Assembly: GCA_963169255.1 (NCBI GenBank)
Contig: CAUJEJ010000086.1
Coordinates: forward strand, 26,981 to 90,980
Direction of reading: 5' to 3'
DNA from: Actinomycetota bacterium
Lineage (GTDB): Bacteria; Actinomycetota; Actinomycetes; S36-B12; UBA10799
Length of the DNA stretch: 64,000 bases
The notes below the pieces were generated by a model. That model did no database searches and had not been told where the DNA came from. It was given only the letters and a program-made list of their open reading frames with translations. Each line of letters begins with the position of its first letter. Positions within the stretch are counted from its first letter, which is position 1. Positions 11,188-20,278 of the stretch are shown piece by piece. The translations under genes were made by a program, and so were the position numbers.

Positions 11188-11730
11188 TCAGAACCACCGG
11201 TCAAACTGGTGAGGATTGATCTTCACCAATGGAGGTTGGGCGCTGAACCACTCGGACTGCCGGATCTCCTTCATCGCTGCCTTACGTTCGGCGGGATTCA
11301 ATCGGTCAATGAACAGCACTCCATCGAGGTGATCCGTTTCGTGTTGGACGCAGCGAGCGAGTAACCCGCTGCCCTCCAAGACAACCGGTTCGCCGTGCAT
11401 GTTGAAGCCCTTCGCAACGGTTCGGATCGCACGCGGAGTGTCGAAGGTCAGCCCAGGCAATGAGAGGCAACCTTCGGGGCCTTCTTCCATCTCCGACGAC
11501 AGATCGAGATCCGGGTTGATGAGGTGGCCTACGACACCATCGATGTCGTAGGTGAACACCCGCAACGCGACGCCGATCTGGTTTGCCGAAAGCCCTGCGC
11601 CGGGTGCCTGTTGCATAGTCTCGGTGAGGTCCCGTACAAGGTTCCGAAGTTCTTTATCGAAGACTTCGACTGGTGCGGCCGGGCTACGCAAGACAGGGTC
11701 CCCAAAGAGGCGAATCGGCTGAGCAGTCAC
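11188..11730 (-). CDS. def: peptide deformylase
   Basis: 180 aa. All three signature motifs are present: GAGLSANQIG, EGCLS and HETDHLDG. GTG start with GAAAGG upstream. Confidence 0.95.
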   Translation of the reverse strand: MTAQPIRLFGDPVLRSPAAPVEVFDKELRNLVRDLTETMQQAPGAGLSANQIGVALRVFTYDIDGVVGHLINPDLDLSSEMEEGPEGCLSLPGLTFDTPRAIRTVAKGFNMHGEPVVLEGSGLLARCVQHETDHLDGVLFIDRLNPAERKAAMKEIRQSEWFSAQPPLVKINPHQFDRWF

Positions 11731-11775
11731 ACGGAACCTTTCGGAAAAGTTGTGGGTTGCTTGCGAGTCTACGCG

Positions 11776-13824
11776 CTACAGCGCAGACAACGGATCTAAG
11801 CGGACGCTCACCCGGTCAGTTCCCGATCCGGCCGCATCGGCCGCCAAAGCGGCTTTGATGCGTGCAGCCAACAATGGGCCCTCGGCGGTCGGAGTGAGCA
11901 CCACCACCTGTGCGCCCGGTTGCGTGCCAACTGAATTCAACTGAGGGGTTGGACCAAGGAGCCGCCATGCTGACGGAAACGCGCAGGCCTTAACGAATTC
12001 TTCAACACGCCCTTGGCGACCGGAGATTTGCGCACTCCGCACAACCGGAGGCAACGCAGTTTCGCGACGTTCTGCCAATTCCCGGGTTGCCCATGCTGCG
12101 GCATCACCGCGAACCAACGCCTGCACGGCACGGCTCGCCGGATCAGCTGTGACCGCGATCTGCCCGCCAGCACTTGCCGCTCTGGTCAGCGAGGCGGCGT
12201 TGAACCAACGCCGCACAAGTTGCTCGCCGGAGCGTAGGTGTGCGCTGCCAAGTTGAGCGTCGCCGTCGAGGAGTACAGCGGCGGCGTAGCGGTCGGTGGC
12301 CGCCGGCTCCGCGCCCACCGTGGACACCACAATCGCTGGAGAGTTCGGGATCGACGAGATGATGCCGCTCTCACTGTCGCTGACCATCACGTCCACAGAG
12401 GGGAATGCGGCGGCGAGTTCCTGTGCGGAACGCGCCGATCCGATCGCAACCGCTCGCCACGACTGCTTGGAACATGCTGGGCAAGCGAATTCTGGGTATT
12501 CAGTCGCGCACCACCGGCATCGCAAGGCTGCACCCGCCGAGCCCTGCAAGAGCGGACCGCTACAAGCTGGGCAGGAGGCAACTTCGTGGCAGTTAGCGCA
12601 GGACAACCGCGCGAGGTATCCACGACGGCCCACCTGAACCAGTACCGGGCCGCGGTCGAGCCCGTCGGAGATGACCTCCCACGCGAATCTTGGGATTCGA
12701 GCAGCAGCGGCGGGATCACCAATCCGAGCGCTCGCGACCGTTCGAATCACTGCCCCTCGATGGCGATGTTCACGTGTGGGCTCAACGCCACGCAACCACC
12801 CTTGCTCGACCAACTTCGCCGACTCAACGCTTCTGGTGTAGCCCGCGATCACAAGCGAGGACGCGGAAGCGAGCGATCGAAGTGCGGCGACCTCGCGGGC
12901 ATGCCAACCGGGTGCTCGTACTTCGCCTAGCGAGTCATCGAGGTCGTCCCACACAATCACCAACGGTGTATCTACAACCGGAGCGAACACGCTGTTTCGT
13001 GTCCCCACGACAACCGTTGCCGCACCCGAACGCACACGCAGAAAGCTCTCATATCTGGTTGCTGTGGGTTGATCACCGGTAAGTCGAGCGACGCCCGATC
13101 CCAAGTGCATCTCCAGGTAGTCAGCAAAGCGTGCGACGTCTGCTCCATCGGGCACGACAACAACCGCACGACGGCCGGCCGCGTCCACCAAATCGGCAAT
13201 CGCATGCGTCGCCTCGTCCGCAGTGGAGACCACGAGACTCGCTCGAACCTGCCGCTTGGCCTGCAATTCGCCCAACACGCTAAGACCATTGGCGTAGCCG
13301 TCCCAGTCCACGACGCGGTGCCGCTCACGATCGGGGTCCGTACCCTCACTGGCCACGAACGCACCACCGGCATCGAGGAACTTCGCCTCGGTTCGAGCGT
13401 GGCGGTTTGGGATCGCGTCACGCAGAACCTCATTCAGTGTGCCCGCGTAGCGATCGGCCACAGCACGCCCGAGCGCCGCGATCTCGGCGGTCAGGACCGC
13501 CGGACCGAGCACGCTGGCAATGGGCGTGAGTTTGCCCGGATGTTCAGAGCGATCACTGCGGCGCAGGATGAATCCGTTGACAAGTCTGCCTGCAAAACGC
13601 ACCCTGACCCGGCACCCAGGCAGAGCCAACGAATCCAGCTTCGCCGGAACCGAGAAGTCGAAGGTGTGATCCAAGGCGGCCGCATTGATGTCAACGACGA
13701 CCTCGGCTACCGGCTGGCAGGTGGCGAGGTCTACCGCCTTCTTCGGTCGACCCTTCGCTGAACTCCGCCGCTTGGTCGTGGAGGCGCCAACATCTCCGTC
13801 ACCGGTGATCGCTAGCTGCTCCAT
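11776..13824 (-). CDS. priA: primosomal protein N' (replication restart protein PriA), helicase motifs degenerate
   Basis: 682 aa. The N-terminal DNA-binding region is VAEVVVDINAAALDHTFDFSVP. An intact Cys-rich zinc region is present (CANCHEVASCPACS...CRWCATEYPEFACPACS). No GxGKT Walker A motif is visible. Confidence 0.85.
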   Translation of the reverse strand: MEQLAITGDGDVGASTTKRRSSAKGRPKKAVDLATCQPVAEVVVDINAAALDHTFDFSVPAKLDSLALPGCRVRVRFAGRLVNGFILRRSDRSEHPGKLTPIASVLGPAVLTAEIAALGRAVADRYAGTLNEVLRDAIPNRHARTEAKFLDAGGAFVASEGTDPDRERHRVVDWDGYANGLSVLGELQAKRQVRASLVVSTADEATHAIADLVDAAGRRAVVVVPDGADVARFADYLEMHLGSGVARLTGDQPTATRYESFLRVRSGAATVVVGTRNSVFAPVVDTPLVIVWDDLDDSLGEVRAPGWHAREVAALRSLASASSLVIAGYTRSVESAKLVEQGWLRGVEPTREHRHRGAVIRTVASARIGDPAAAARIPRFAWEVISDGLDRGPVLVQVGRRGYLARLSCANCHEVASCPACSGPLLQGSAGAALRCRWCATEYPEFACPACSKQSWRAVAIGSARSAQELAAAFPSVDVMVSDSESGIISSIPNSPAIVVSTVGAEPAATDRYAAAVLLDGDAQLGSAHLRSGEQLVRRWFNAASLTRAASAGGQIAVTADPASRAVQALVRGDAAAWATRELAERRETALPPVVRSAQISGRQGRVEEFVKACAFPSAWRLLGPTPQLNSVGTQPGAQVVVLTPTAEGPLLAARIKAALAADAAGSGTDRVSVRLDPLSAL

Positions 13825-13932
13825 GCGGCCCGAGCCTGCGCCCTTCTTGCTTGCGGTCAGCGTCGCGCTGCTCCGGGTGGGGTGTATACCGGCCCGACCT
13901 CATCCCAACAGCACGGTGCCGGAATGCAGACC

Positions 13933-15126
13933 CTAGATTCCGGTGGCTGAGCGCAATGCGTCGACTCGGTTGGTGAGCTCCCATGTGAAGTTCTCTTCTT
14001 CACGTCCGAAGTGGCCGTACGCAGCGGTCTTGGAATAGATCGGGCGACGCAGGTCGAGTTCCTTGATGATCGCCGCAGGGCGAAGGTCGAAGACCTCCTG
14101 CACAGCTTGTTGGATCTTCTCGTCTGGGATTACCCCAGTTCCGAAGGTCTCGACGAATAGTCCAACGGGCCGCGCTTTGCCGATCGCGTAGGCAACCTGA
14201 ACCTCACACTTTCGCGCGAGTCCCGCGGCCACCACGTTCTTTGCAACCCAACGCATTGCGTATGCAGCGGAGCGGTCTACCTTCGACGGGTCCTTGCCGG
14301 AGAACGCTCCTCCGCCGTGACGAGCCATTCCACCGTAGGTATCAACGATGATCTTGCGGCCGGTAAGGCCAGCGTCGCCCATCGGGCCGCCAATTTCGAA
14401 CACACCCGTCGGGTTCACCAAGAGTCGGTATCCGTCAGTCGCGATGCCGAGTTCTGCCAACTCTGGCTCGACGACGAGTTCGCGAATATCGGGAGCGAGC
14501 AGCGTCTCCAAATCGATGTCAGCTGCATGCTGGCTCGAGACAACCACAGTATCGAGCCGGGCAGCCTTGTCACCGTCGTATTCGATCGTGACCTGCGTTT
14601 TGCCGTCCGGACGGAGGTATGAAACCTCGCCCGCGTGGCGTACCTTCGAAAGACGGCGAGCAAGGCGATGTGCAAGCGCGATCGGTAGCGGCATGAGCTC
14701 GGGGGTGTCGTCGCACGCGAACCCGAACATCAGTCCTTGGTCGCCTGCGCCTTGGCGATCGAGTGGATCTTCGGATCCTTCAGTGCGCTCTTCGAACGCA
14801 TCATCGACGCCCTGGGCAATGTCCGGGGACTGCTTGCCAATGGCGATGGAGACTCCACACGAAGCTCCATCAAAGCCCTTGTCCGAATGGTCATAGCCGA
14901 TCTCGAGCACCTTCTGGCGAACGATCGCTGGGATATCCACCCACGTTGACGTGGTGACTTCACCAGCGACAACGACCAGACCAGTGGTGAAGAGAGTCTC
15001 AACCGCGACTCGGCTTGCTGGGTCGTCCGCCAGCATTGCGTCAAGAATCGCGTCGCTGACCTGATCAGCCATCTTGTCGGGATGTCCTTCAGTGACCGAC
15101 TCTGAAGTAAACAAACGCCCAGCCAT
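13933..15126 (-). CDS. metK: S-adenosylmethionine synthetase
   Basis: Motifs GHPDK, GAGDQG, DTYGG and [16 protein letters not shown]. Start reset to ATG 15126 ([11 protein letters not shown]) with AAGGGGA 6 nt upstream. Confidence 0.97.
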   Translation of the reverse strand: MAGRLFTSESVTEGHPDKMADQVSDAILDAMLADDPASRVAVETLFTTGLVVVAGEVTTSTWVDIPAIVRQKVLEIGYDHSDKGFDGASCGVSIAIGKQSPDIAQGVDDAFEERTEGSEDPLDRQGAGDQGLMFGFACDDTPELMPLPIALAHRLARRLSKVRHAGEVSYLRPDGKTQVTIEYDGDKAARLDTVVVSSQHAADIDLETLLAPDIRELVVEPELAELGIATDGYRLLVNPTGVFEIGGPMGDAGLTGRKIIVDTYGGMARHGGGAFSGKDPSKVDRSAAYAMRWVAKNVVAAGLARKCEVQVAYAIGKARPVGLFVETFGTGVIPDEKIQQAVQEVFDLRPAAIIKELDLRRPIYSKTAAYGHFGREEENFTWELTNRVDALRSATGI

Positions 15127-15204
15127 CAAATTCCCCTTTTGTTCTTGCACCTAGGTGATGAGAAGTTCACACTCGCGCCAAAGAGTAACGATGCAACGTC
15201 AACG

Positions 15205-16425
15205 CTATGCGCCGGCACGCGGTAGGCGCGGTAAAACAACATCCCAGACCGCCACCGCAACCGCGGCCTTGCTCGCGCTGGGAACCTCAGCCTCAACACC
15301 ATCGGTGGAAACAACCGTTGCTTCGTTAATTGGGCTCTCAAAGCCCTTGTCGACCCCGACCGAGTTCGCCACGATGAGATCGGCGTTCTTCTTGCGCAAC
15401 TTGCTGGTCGCCAGCGCGACTAGTTCGGGACCTGCTGGGACCGTCTCCGCCGCGAATCCGACGAGCAGGGGTCGGGGCGGGGGGAGGCTTCCCAGAGTGG
15501 CCAGTACATCGACGGTTCTGGCGAGTTCGATGTGTGGAACTCCCCCATCGTCGCTCTTCTTGATCTTTGTCGGTGCGGTGTTGCTTGCGCGGAAATCTGC
15601 GACAGCTGCTGCCATCACCACCACATCGACTCCGTGGGCCCTGTCCAAGACCGCCGACAGCAAGGCGTCGGCCGTCGAAACCCTCGTCACAGTGCACCCC
15701 GCAGGATCGGGCAGATCAACGTTTGCCGCGATGATCTCGACACTCGCGCCACGGGCTACCGCAGCCGCGGCCAAAGCCCAGCCCTGGCGACCGCTTGAGC
15801 GATTCCCTAGGTACCTGACGGGGTCGAGTGGTTCGCGGGTGCCACCCGCCGTCACGAGAACCCGGACTCCGACCAAATCGGCTGCTACTGAGCCACGCGC
15901 GAGGACGACTTCGCAAACTTGGGCGAGCGCCGCGGCCTCTGGCAATCGGCCAGGGCCGGAATCTGCGCCGGTAAGGCGACCGTTGGCCGGATCCACCACT
16001 AGCGCACCGCGCTCGCGCAGCGTCGCCACGTTTTGCTGCGTCGCGGGGTGTTCCCACATTTCGGTGTGCATCGCCGGAGCAAAGACCACCGGTGCGCGCG
16101 CCATGAGCAGCGTCGATGTGAGCAAATCATCAGCAACGCCGTGCGCCGCTTTCGCGAGCAAATTCGCCGTCGCCGGAGCGATGATCACTAACTTTGCCTG
16201 TTGAGCAATCTTGACGTGTGCCACATCGTGGACGTTGTCAAACACGGTGGTGGAAACCGGATTGCCGGAAAGCGCTTCCCACGTCGCCCGACCAACGAAC
16301 TCAAGGGCGGACTCTGTGGGGATCACCCGCACATCGTGACCGGCCTCACGCAGCCGTCTCAGCAGTTCACATGCCTTGTAGGCGGCGATACCGCCGCCTA
16401 CACCGAGGACGATGTGTTGCTTCAG
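15205..16425 (-). CDS. coaBC: bifunctional phosphopantothenoylcysteine decarboxylase / phosphopantothenate-cysteine ligase
   Basis: The ORF-track start (GTG 16332) cuts off the flavin-binding N-terminus. The same frame stays open upstream and encodes [31 protein letters not shown]. The only plausible initiator in that stretch is CTG 16425..16423, behind GGAGAAGG. CoaB motif [25 protein letters not shown] is present. The gene call is confident; the exact start is not. Confidence 0.88.
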   Translation of the reverse strand: MKQHIVLGVGGGIAAYKACELLRRLREAGHDVRVIPTESALEFVGRATWEALSGNPVSTTVFDNVHDVAHVKIAQQAKLVIIAPATANLLAKAAHGVADDLLTSTLLMARAPVVFAPAMHTEMWEHPATQQNVATLRERGALVVDPANGRLTGADSGPGRLPEAAALAQVCEVVLARGSVAADLVGVRVLVTAGGTREPLDPVRYLGNRSSGRQGWALAAAAVARGASVEIIAANVDLPDPAGCTVTRVSTADALLSAVLDRAHGVDVVVMAAAVADFRASNTAPTKIKKSDDGGVPHIELARTVDVLATLGSLPPPRPLLVGFAAETVPAGPELVALATSKLRKKNADLIVANSVGVDKGFESPINEATVVSTDGVEAEVPSASKAAVAVAVWDVVLPRLPRAGA

Positions 16426-16700
16426 CGGACCTTCTCCACAGCGCCTTCAACGGGTTCTGACACGAGTAGTCCGGCATCGATCTCGCGCAGGGCGATTGAC
16501 AACGGCTTTTCCTGCAGGTGCGTCTCGACCAGCGGTCCTACGTACTCAAGGAGGCCTTCACCCAATTGCGAGTAGTAGGCGTTGATCTGGCGGGCACGCT
16601 TGGCCGCGTAGATCACGAGCGAGTACTTGGAATCGGTCTTATCAAGCAGTTCATCAATGGGCGGATCGGTGATGCCCTGTGGATCTGGTGCAGTCGACAC
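16422..16700 (-). CDS. rpoZ: DNA-directed RNA polymerase subunit omega
   Basis: 92 aa with motif [22 protein letters not shown] start with GGAAGGAA 5 nt upstream. Confidence 0.9.
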   Translation of the reverse strand: MSTAPDPQGITDPPIDELLDKTDSKYSLVIYAAKRARQINAYYSQLGEGLLEYVGPLVETHLQEKPLSIALREIDAGLLVSEPVEGAVEKVR

Positions 16701-16799
16701 TGCGGTTCCTTCCGATGTGCCTCAAAGGCGGCTGTCCAGTGCAGTCACTGATCGGCACGTGTTTGAGGGTGTTGGTCAAGCGCACGAGAGCATACGAAA

Positions 16800-17363
16800 T
16801 CAATGCTCATTCGCAGGATTGTGCACCCATGCTAGCAACTGGTTCGCCGCCACCTCGACGTCGTCGTTCACAATCACGCAATCGAACTCCCCCGCGGCCG
16901 CAAGTTCGTCCTGCGCAGCGGCCAAACGTCGTTCAATCGCGGCAGGATCTTCAGTCCCCCTCGACGCCAACCGAGACCCGAGCGCGTCGATTGATGGCGG
17001 GGAAATGAACACTGTGCGGGCGGCCGGGAGGTTCGCGCGCACTTGCCGCACACCCTGGAGATCAATCTCCAGAATGACGTCGACCCCGCGACTGATCCGG
17101 TCCGTCACCGGGGCCGCCGGCGTGCCATAACAGTTGCCAGCAAACTCAGCCCATTCCAAGAATCCACCTGCTTCACGCAGGTTGTCGAAATCTTCAGCGG
17201 AGAGGAATACGTAGTCGACGCCATCGACCTCGCCGGGGCGTGGTGCACGTGTGGTGGCTGAGACGGATAGCCACAAGTCAGTGTCCGACGCGAGTACCCG
17301 CCGGATCAGAGTTCCCTTACCTACGCCAGAGGGCCCAGCGACGACCGTGACCGACCCTGCCAC
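16800..17363 (-). CDS. gmk: guanylate kinase
   Basis: 187 aa with P-loop GPSGVGKGT. The GTG start shares 1 nt with the mihF stop (TAGTG). Confidence 0.95.
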   Translation of the reverse strand: MAGSVTVVAGPSGVGKGTLIRRVLASDTDLWLSVSATTRAPRPGEVDGVDYVFLSAEDFDNLREAGGFLEWAEFAGNCYGTPAAPVTDRISRGVDVILEIDLQGVRQVRANLPAARTVFISPPSIDALGSRLASRGTEDPAAIERRLAAAQDELAAAGEFDCVIVNDDVEVAANQLLAWVHNPANEH

Positions 17364-17674
17364 TAGCCGAACTCCGCCATCAACGACTCCCGCTGGTGCT
17401 GCCCGAGCCCGCGGACTCGACGAGAGGCAGCAATGGTGTGACGACTCATGATGTTCGCGGCCTTGGCCTTTCCGACACCAGGGAGGGCTTCGAGCAGCGA
17501 GGCGACCTTCAGCTTTGCAATCGCCTCGTCCGTCGCGGATAGCGCAATGACGTCGCTAATGCGCAGTTCACCGACCTTGAGCTTGGCGCGCACATCGGCA
17601 CGAACGCGGCGCGCGGCAGTTGCCCGTTGCGCAGCATCAGCTCGTTGTTCGGGAGTCAGGGTCGGTAGTGCCAC
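17363..17674 (-). CDS. mihF: actinobacterial integration host factor (mIHF/sIHF)
   Basis: 103 aa: ALPTLTPEQRADAAQRATAARRVRADVRAKLK...LLEALPGVGKAKAANIM. Sits in the position between pyrF and gmk that is conserved in actinobacteria. Confidence 0.85.
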   Translation of the reverse strand: MALPTLTPEQRADAAQRATAARRVRADVRAKLKVGELRISDVIALSATDEAIAKLKVASLLEALPGVGKAKAANIMSRHTIAASRRVRGLGQHQRESLMAEFG

Positions 17675-17736
17675 GTCGCGGAAACCTACACCGATCCGGC
17701 ACGGTTGAGCCGCTCGAAACTCCGCAAAGGATCGAA

Positions 17737-18438
17737 TCAGCGGCGAGCGATCTCGGCGGCGATGTCCTTGGCGGCTTGTGCTGGGTCGCCAGCGGCCGTG
17801 ATTGGTCGGCCAATCACCAGCAAATCGGCACCATCGTGGAGAGCTTGTGCGGGGGTTGCGACTCGCTGCTGATCCCCGACGGCACTGCCTGCGGGGCGGA
17901 CGCCTGGAACAACTAGTCGGACGTCTGGGCCAACTGCGCTGCGGACAGCTGCAACCTCGAGCGGCGAGCAGACCAACGCTTGCGCTCCGGCCTCCGTGGC
18001 TAGCCGCGCCAGCCTGACGACGGCCGACAGCGGATCACCTTCATAACCAATCTGCGCCAGATCCTGCGCGGATAACGACGTCAGGATGGTTACCGCGGTG
18101 ACCTGAGTGTTCGGCAATGCTGAGACCGCGGCTTCGATCATTGCTGGCCCACCTGATGCGTGAACGGTGAGCAACGCAGGTTCGAGGGCAGCGATCGATC
18201 GTGCGGCACCCGCCACGGTGTTCGGAATATCGTGAAGCTTGAGATCGAGGAATAGTTCGACGTCAGAACCCGCTGCGGCACGGATTGTGTCCACACCCGC
18301 TGCGCCATCACGCAGATACGTCTCTAGACCGACCTTCAGAAATGCGACGGTCGAACCGACGGCGCCCGCCAAAGTCGTAGCCGCCTCAAGCGTGGGCAGG
18401 TCTAGCGCCACTGCAATCGGCGCTCGGTTTGACGTCAC
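17737..18438 (-). CDS. pyrF: orotidine 5'-phosphate decarboxylase
   Basis: Motifs IAVALDL and [12 protein letters not shown]. Start reset to GTG 18438, which overlaps the pyrD stop (GTGA at 18435-18438). The 34 Arg/Cys-rich extra residues in the ORF track look non-coding. Confidence 0.9.
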   Translation of the reverse strand: MTSNRAPIAVALDLPTLEAATTLAGAVGSTVAFLKVGLETYLRDGAAGVDTIRAAAGSDVELFLDLKLHDIPNTVAGAARSIAALEPALLTVHASGGPAMIEAAVSALPNTQVTAVTILTSLSAQDLAQIGYEGDPLSAVVRLARLATEAGAQALVCSPLEVAAVRSAVGPDVRLVVPGVRPAGSAVGDQQRVATPAQALHDGADLLVIGRPITAAGDPAQAAKDIAAEIARR

Positions 18439-19382
18439 AGATTTACTCCTTCTTCGCGATGAGCATGGCCGACAGCATCGGCAAGGCTCCGGAAGCCGCG
18501 GTCCGCGAGAGCGGCCGCAAGTTCGTTGTGGATGCGCCATGGCGCACTGGGATCATTGAACGTCGCTGTGCCAACGCTGACCGCATTGGCCCCGGCCAAG
18601 ATGAACTGCAGCGCATCGAGGCCGTTTGCGATTCCACCCATCCCGAGGATGGGAACGTCTGGCAGTGCTTTTCGCACCTGCCACACACACCGCACTGCCA
18701 TCGGTCGAATTGCTGGGCCTGACAACCCGCCTGTGATCCCGGCCAGTGCGGGACGCATCGTGTCTGTGTTGATGACCATGCCCAAGGTCGTATTGATCAT
18801 CGACAAACCATCAGCGCCGGCGCTCACGCACGCCTGTGCGATGTCGGCAATGTCGGTCACGTCGGGAGATAGTTTGGCGAAGATCGGCGTCTGGGCGCCG
18901 GTATGGCGCCGAACCGCGTGAATCACAGACGACGCAGCCCTGGGATCGCAGGCAAATACTTGCCCGCGGCTCTCCACGTTTGGGCACGAGATGTTCACTT
19001 CGAGCGCGGCGATGCCTTCTTCATGACGGAGCCGGTTCGCGAGTTCGGCGAACTCGTTGACGGATCCCCCAGCGATCGATACCACTGTTCGGGCGCCCCG
19101 TTCGCGCAGCCAGCGCAGATCCTTGCTGATGAACTCCTCGATACCCGGACCTTGCAGACCAATCGAATTCAGCATCCCTGCGGGTGTCTCGGCCATTCGT
19201 GGAGTGGGACGGCCAGACCGCGGTTGGACCATGATGCTCTTCGTCACCACTGCGCCGATTGCTGTCACGTCAAAGAACTTGTCCAGTTCACGCCCAGCAG
19301 CGGCGCAACCTGAGGCCGTCAACACCGGCGAAGGCAGGGTCACCGACGCCAAATTCGCTCGCATATCGACAACGTTGCTCAT
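18435..19382 (-). CDS. pyrD: dihydroorotate dehydrogenase, class 1B catalytic subunit
   Basis: 315 aa. Class-1 active-site cysteine in EVNISCPNV, plus [21 protein letters not shown] overlap with the pyrK stop (19379-19382). Confidence 0.9.
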   Translation of the reverse strand: MSNVVDMRANLASVTLPSPVLTASGCAAAGRELDKFFDVTAIGAVVTKSIMVQPRSGRPTPRMAETPAGMLNSIGLQGPGIEEFISKDLRWLRERGARTVVSIAGGSVNEFAELANRLRHEEGIAALEVNISCPNVESRGQVFACDPRAASSVIHAVRRHTGAQTPIFAKLSPDVTDIADIAQACVSAGADGLSMINTTLGMVINTDTMRPALAGITGGLSGPAIRPMAVRCVWQVRKALPDVPILGMGGIANGLDALQFILAGANAVSVGTATFNDPSAPWRIHNELAAALADRGFRSLADAVGHAHREEGVNL

Positions 19383-20278
19383 CGCTGAGCACCTCCAGTC
19401 GCCGACACAGGCGCTCCAAGGCAGTCAGACGGAACCGTACCGACCGAATCCCAGCGCACCTGATCGCCAAAGAAGACAGGCCCATCGGTGCAGGAACGCG
19501 TCATCCGCGTCACACCATCGGAACCGATCACGGGCAGCACGCACGTCATACACACTCCAACGCCGCACGCCATTGCCTCTTCGACGGCGCACTGACTCAC
19601 GATTCCGCGTTCCTGCGCCACCTTCGCTAGACCGGCGAGCATGCCCATCGGCCCGCATCCGTAGATGACTTGCCCGCCGTGATCGTCGAGTAGTCGATCA
19701 AGGACGTCGGTCACCCGACCCTTCGTCCCAAGCGAACCGTCGTCAGTCGTGATCGTCAACGACGATGCACGCCGACGGCCATCGACGACACCGAACAGTC
19801 GAGACTCAGTTGCGGCACCCAACACGAGGTCAACGCGGCAACCACGCTCGCGCAGACGATCAGCAAGCATGAACAGCGGTGCAGACCCGTATCCGCCGCC
19901 AACCAACACGCAAGGCACCGGATCCTTCGGCAGCGAGAACGGACGACCTAGTGGCGCAATGACATCAATGGGATCGCCTACCGCACGCTCTACCAGCCAC
20001 TTGGTACCCGGGCCGTGTGCGTCGACAACAATCTCCACTGTTCCGCCAAGGGCTCCGGCAGTGTCGACTCGATGGATCGAGAAACAACGACGCAGCAGCA
20101 TCGCAGTTGGTTGACCACCAACCGCGATCGCTACGAAGTTGCCCGGCGCGGTTGCCTCAGCAACGCCCGGCGCTGCAAACACGAGCACGTAGTAATCACC
20201 GCTGCGACGGACGGCGAGGACTTCTCCTCGGACCTGAATCGGGCCCGCATCTGGCTTACCAAATCGCTTCGATGCCAC
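19379..20278 (-). CDS. pyrK: dihydroorotate dehydrogenase electron-transfer subunit (FAD/[2Fe-2S])
   Basis: 299 aa. Ferredoxin-reductase-like fold with a C-terminal cluster motif CAVEEAMACGVGVCMTC. The GTG start shares 1 nt with the carB stop (TAGTG). Confidence 0.85.
   Translation of the reverse strand: MASKRFGKPDAGPIQVRGEVLAVRRSGDYYVLVFAAPGVAEATAPGNFVAIAVGGQPTAMLLRRCFSIHRVDTAGALGGTVEIVVDAHGPGTKWLVERAVGDPIDVIAPLGRPFSLPKDPVPCVLVGGGYGSAPLFMLADRLRERGCRVDLVLGAATESRLFGVVDGRRRASSLTITTDDGSLGTKGRVTDVLDRLLDDHGGQVIYGCGPMGMLAGLAKVAQERGIVSQCAVEEAMACGVGVCMTCVLPVIGSDGVTRMTRSCTDGPVFFGDQVRWDSVGTVPSDCLGAPVSATGGAQR

Noticed and set aside
15127-15204. Possible SAM riboswitch or leader upstream of metK.
   Set aside because: The coaBC-metK gap is 78 nt, too short for the SAM-I and SAM-IV aptamers as I know them. 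It shows no conserved aptamer features, only an AAGGGGA SD.
15155-16204. Very long ORFs antisense to known genes: 15155-16204 (349 aa, opposite coaBC), 56513-57925 (470 aa, opposite dnaE), 60579-61508 (309 aa, opposite MFS), 33914-34879 (321 aa, opposite gltB) and 5647-6438 (263 aa, opposite ribBA).
   Set aside because: Their translations are Arg/Ser/Pro/Ala-rich and low in complexity, with no recognisable motifs. Each lies fully inside a confidently identified gene on the other strand. Such shadow ORFs are expected in GC-rich DNA because stop codons are rare.
17737-18540. N-terminal extensions in the ORF track: pyrF to 18540, carA to 24917, pyk to 30505, trpA to 39801, DUF2752 to 42523, the response regulator to 45018, hisI to 47962, rluD to 63705, and others.
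   Set aside because: The extensions overlap the preceding gene by tens to hundreds of nt and are Arg/Cys/Trp-rich. They precede canonical N-termini that coincide with ATGA/GTGA overlaps or clear SD sequences. I treated them as artefacts of taking the longest ORF.
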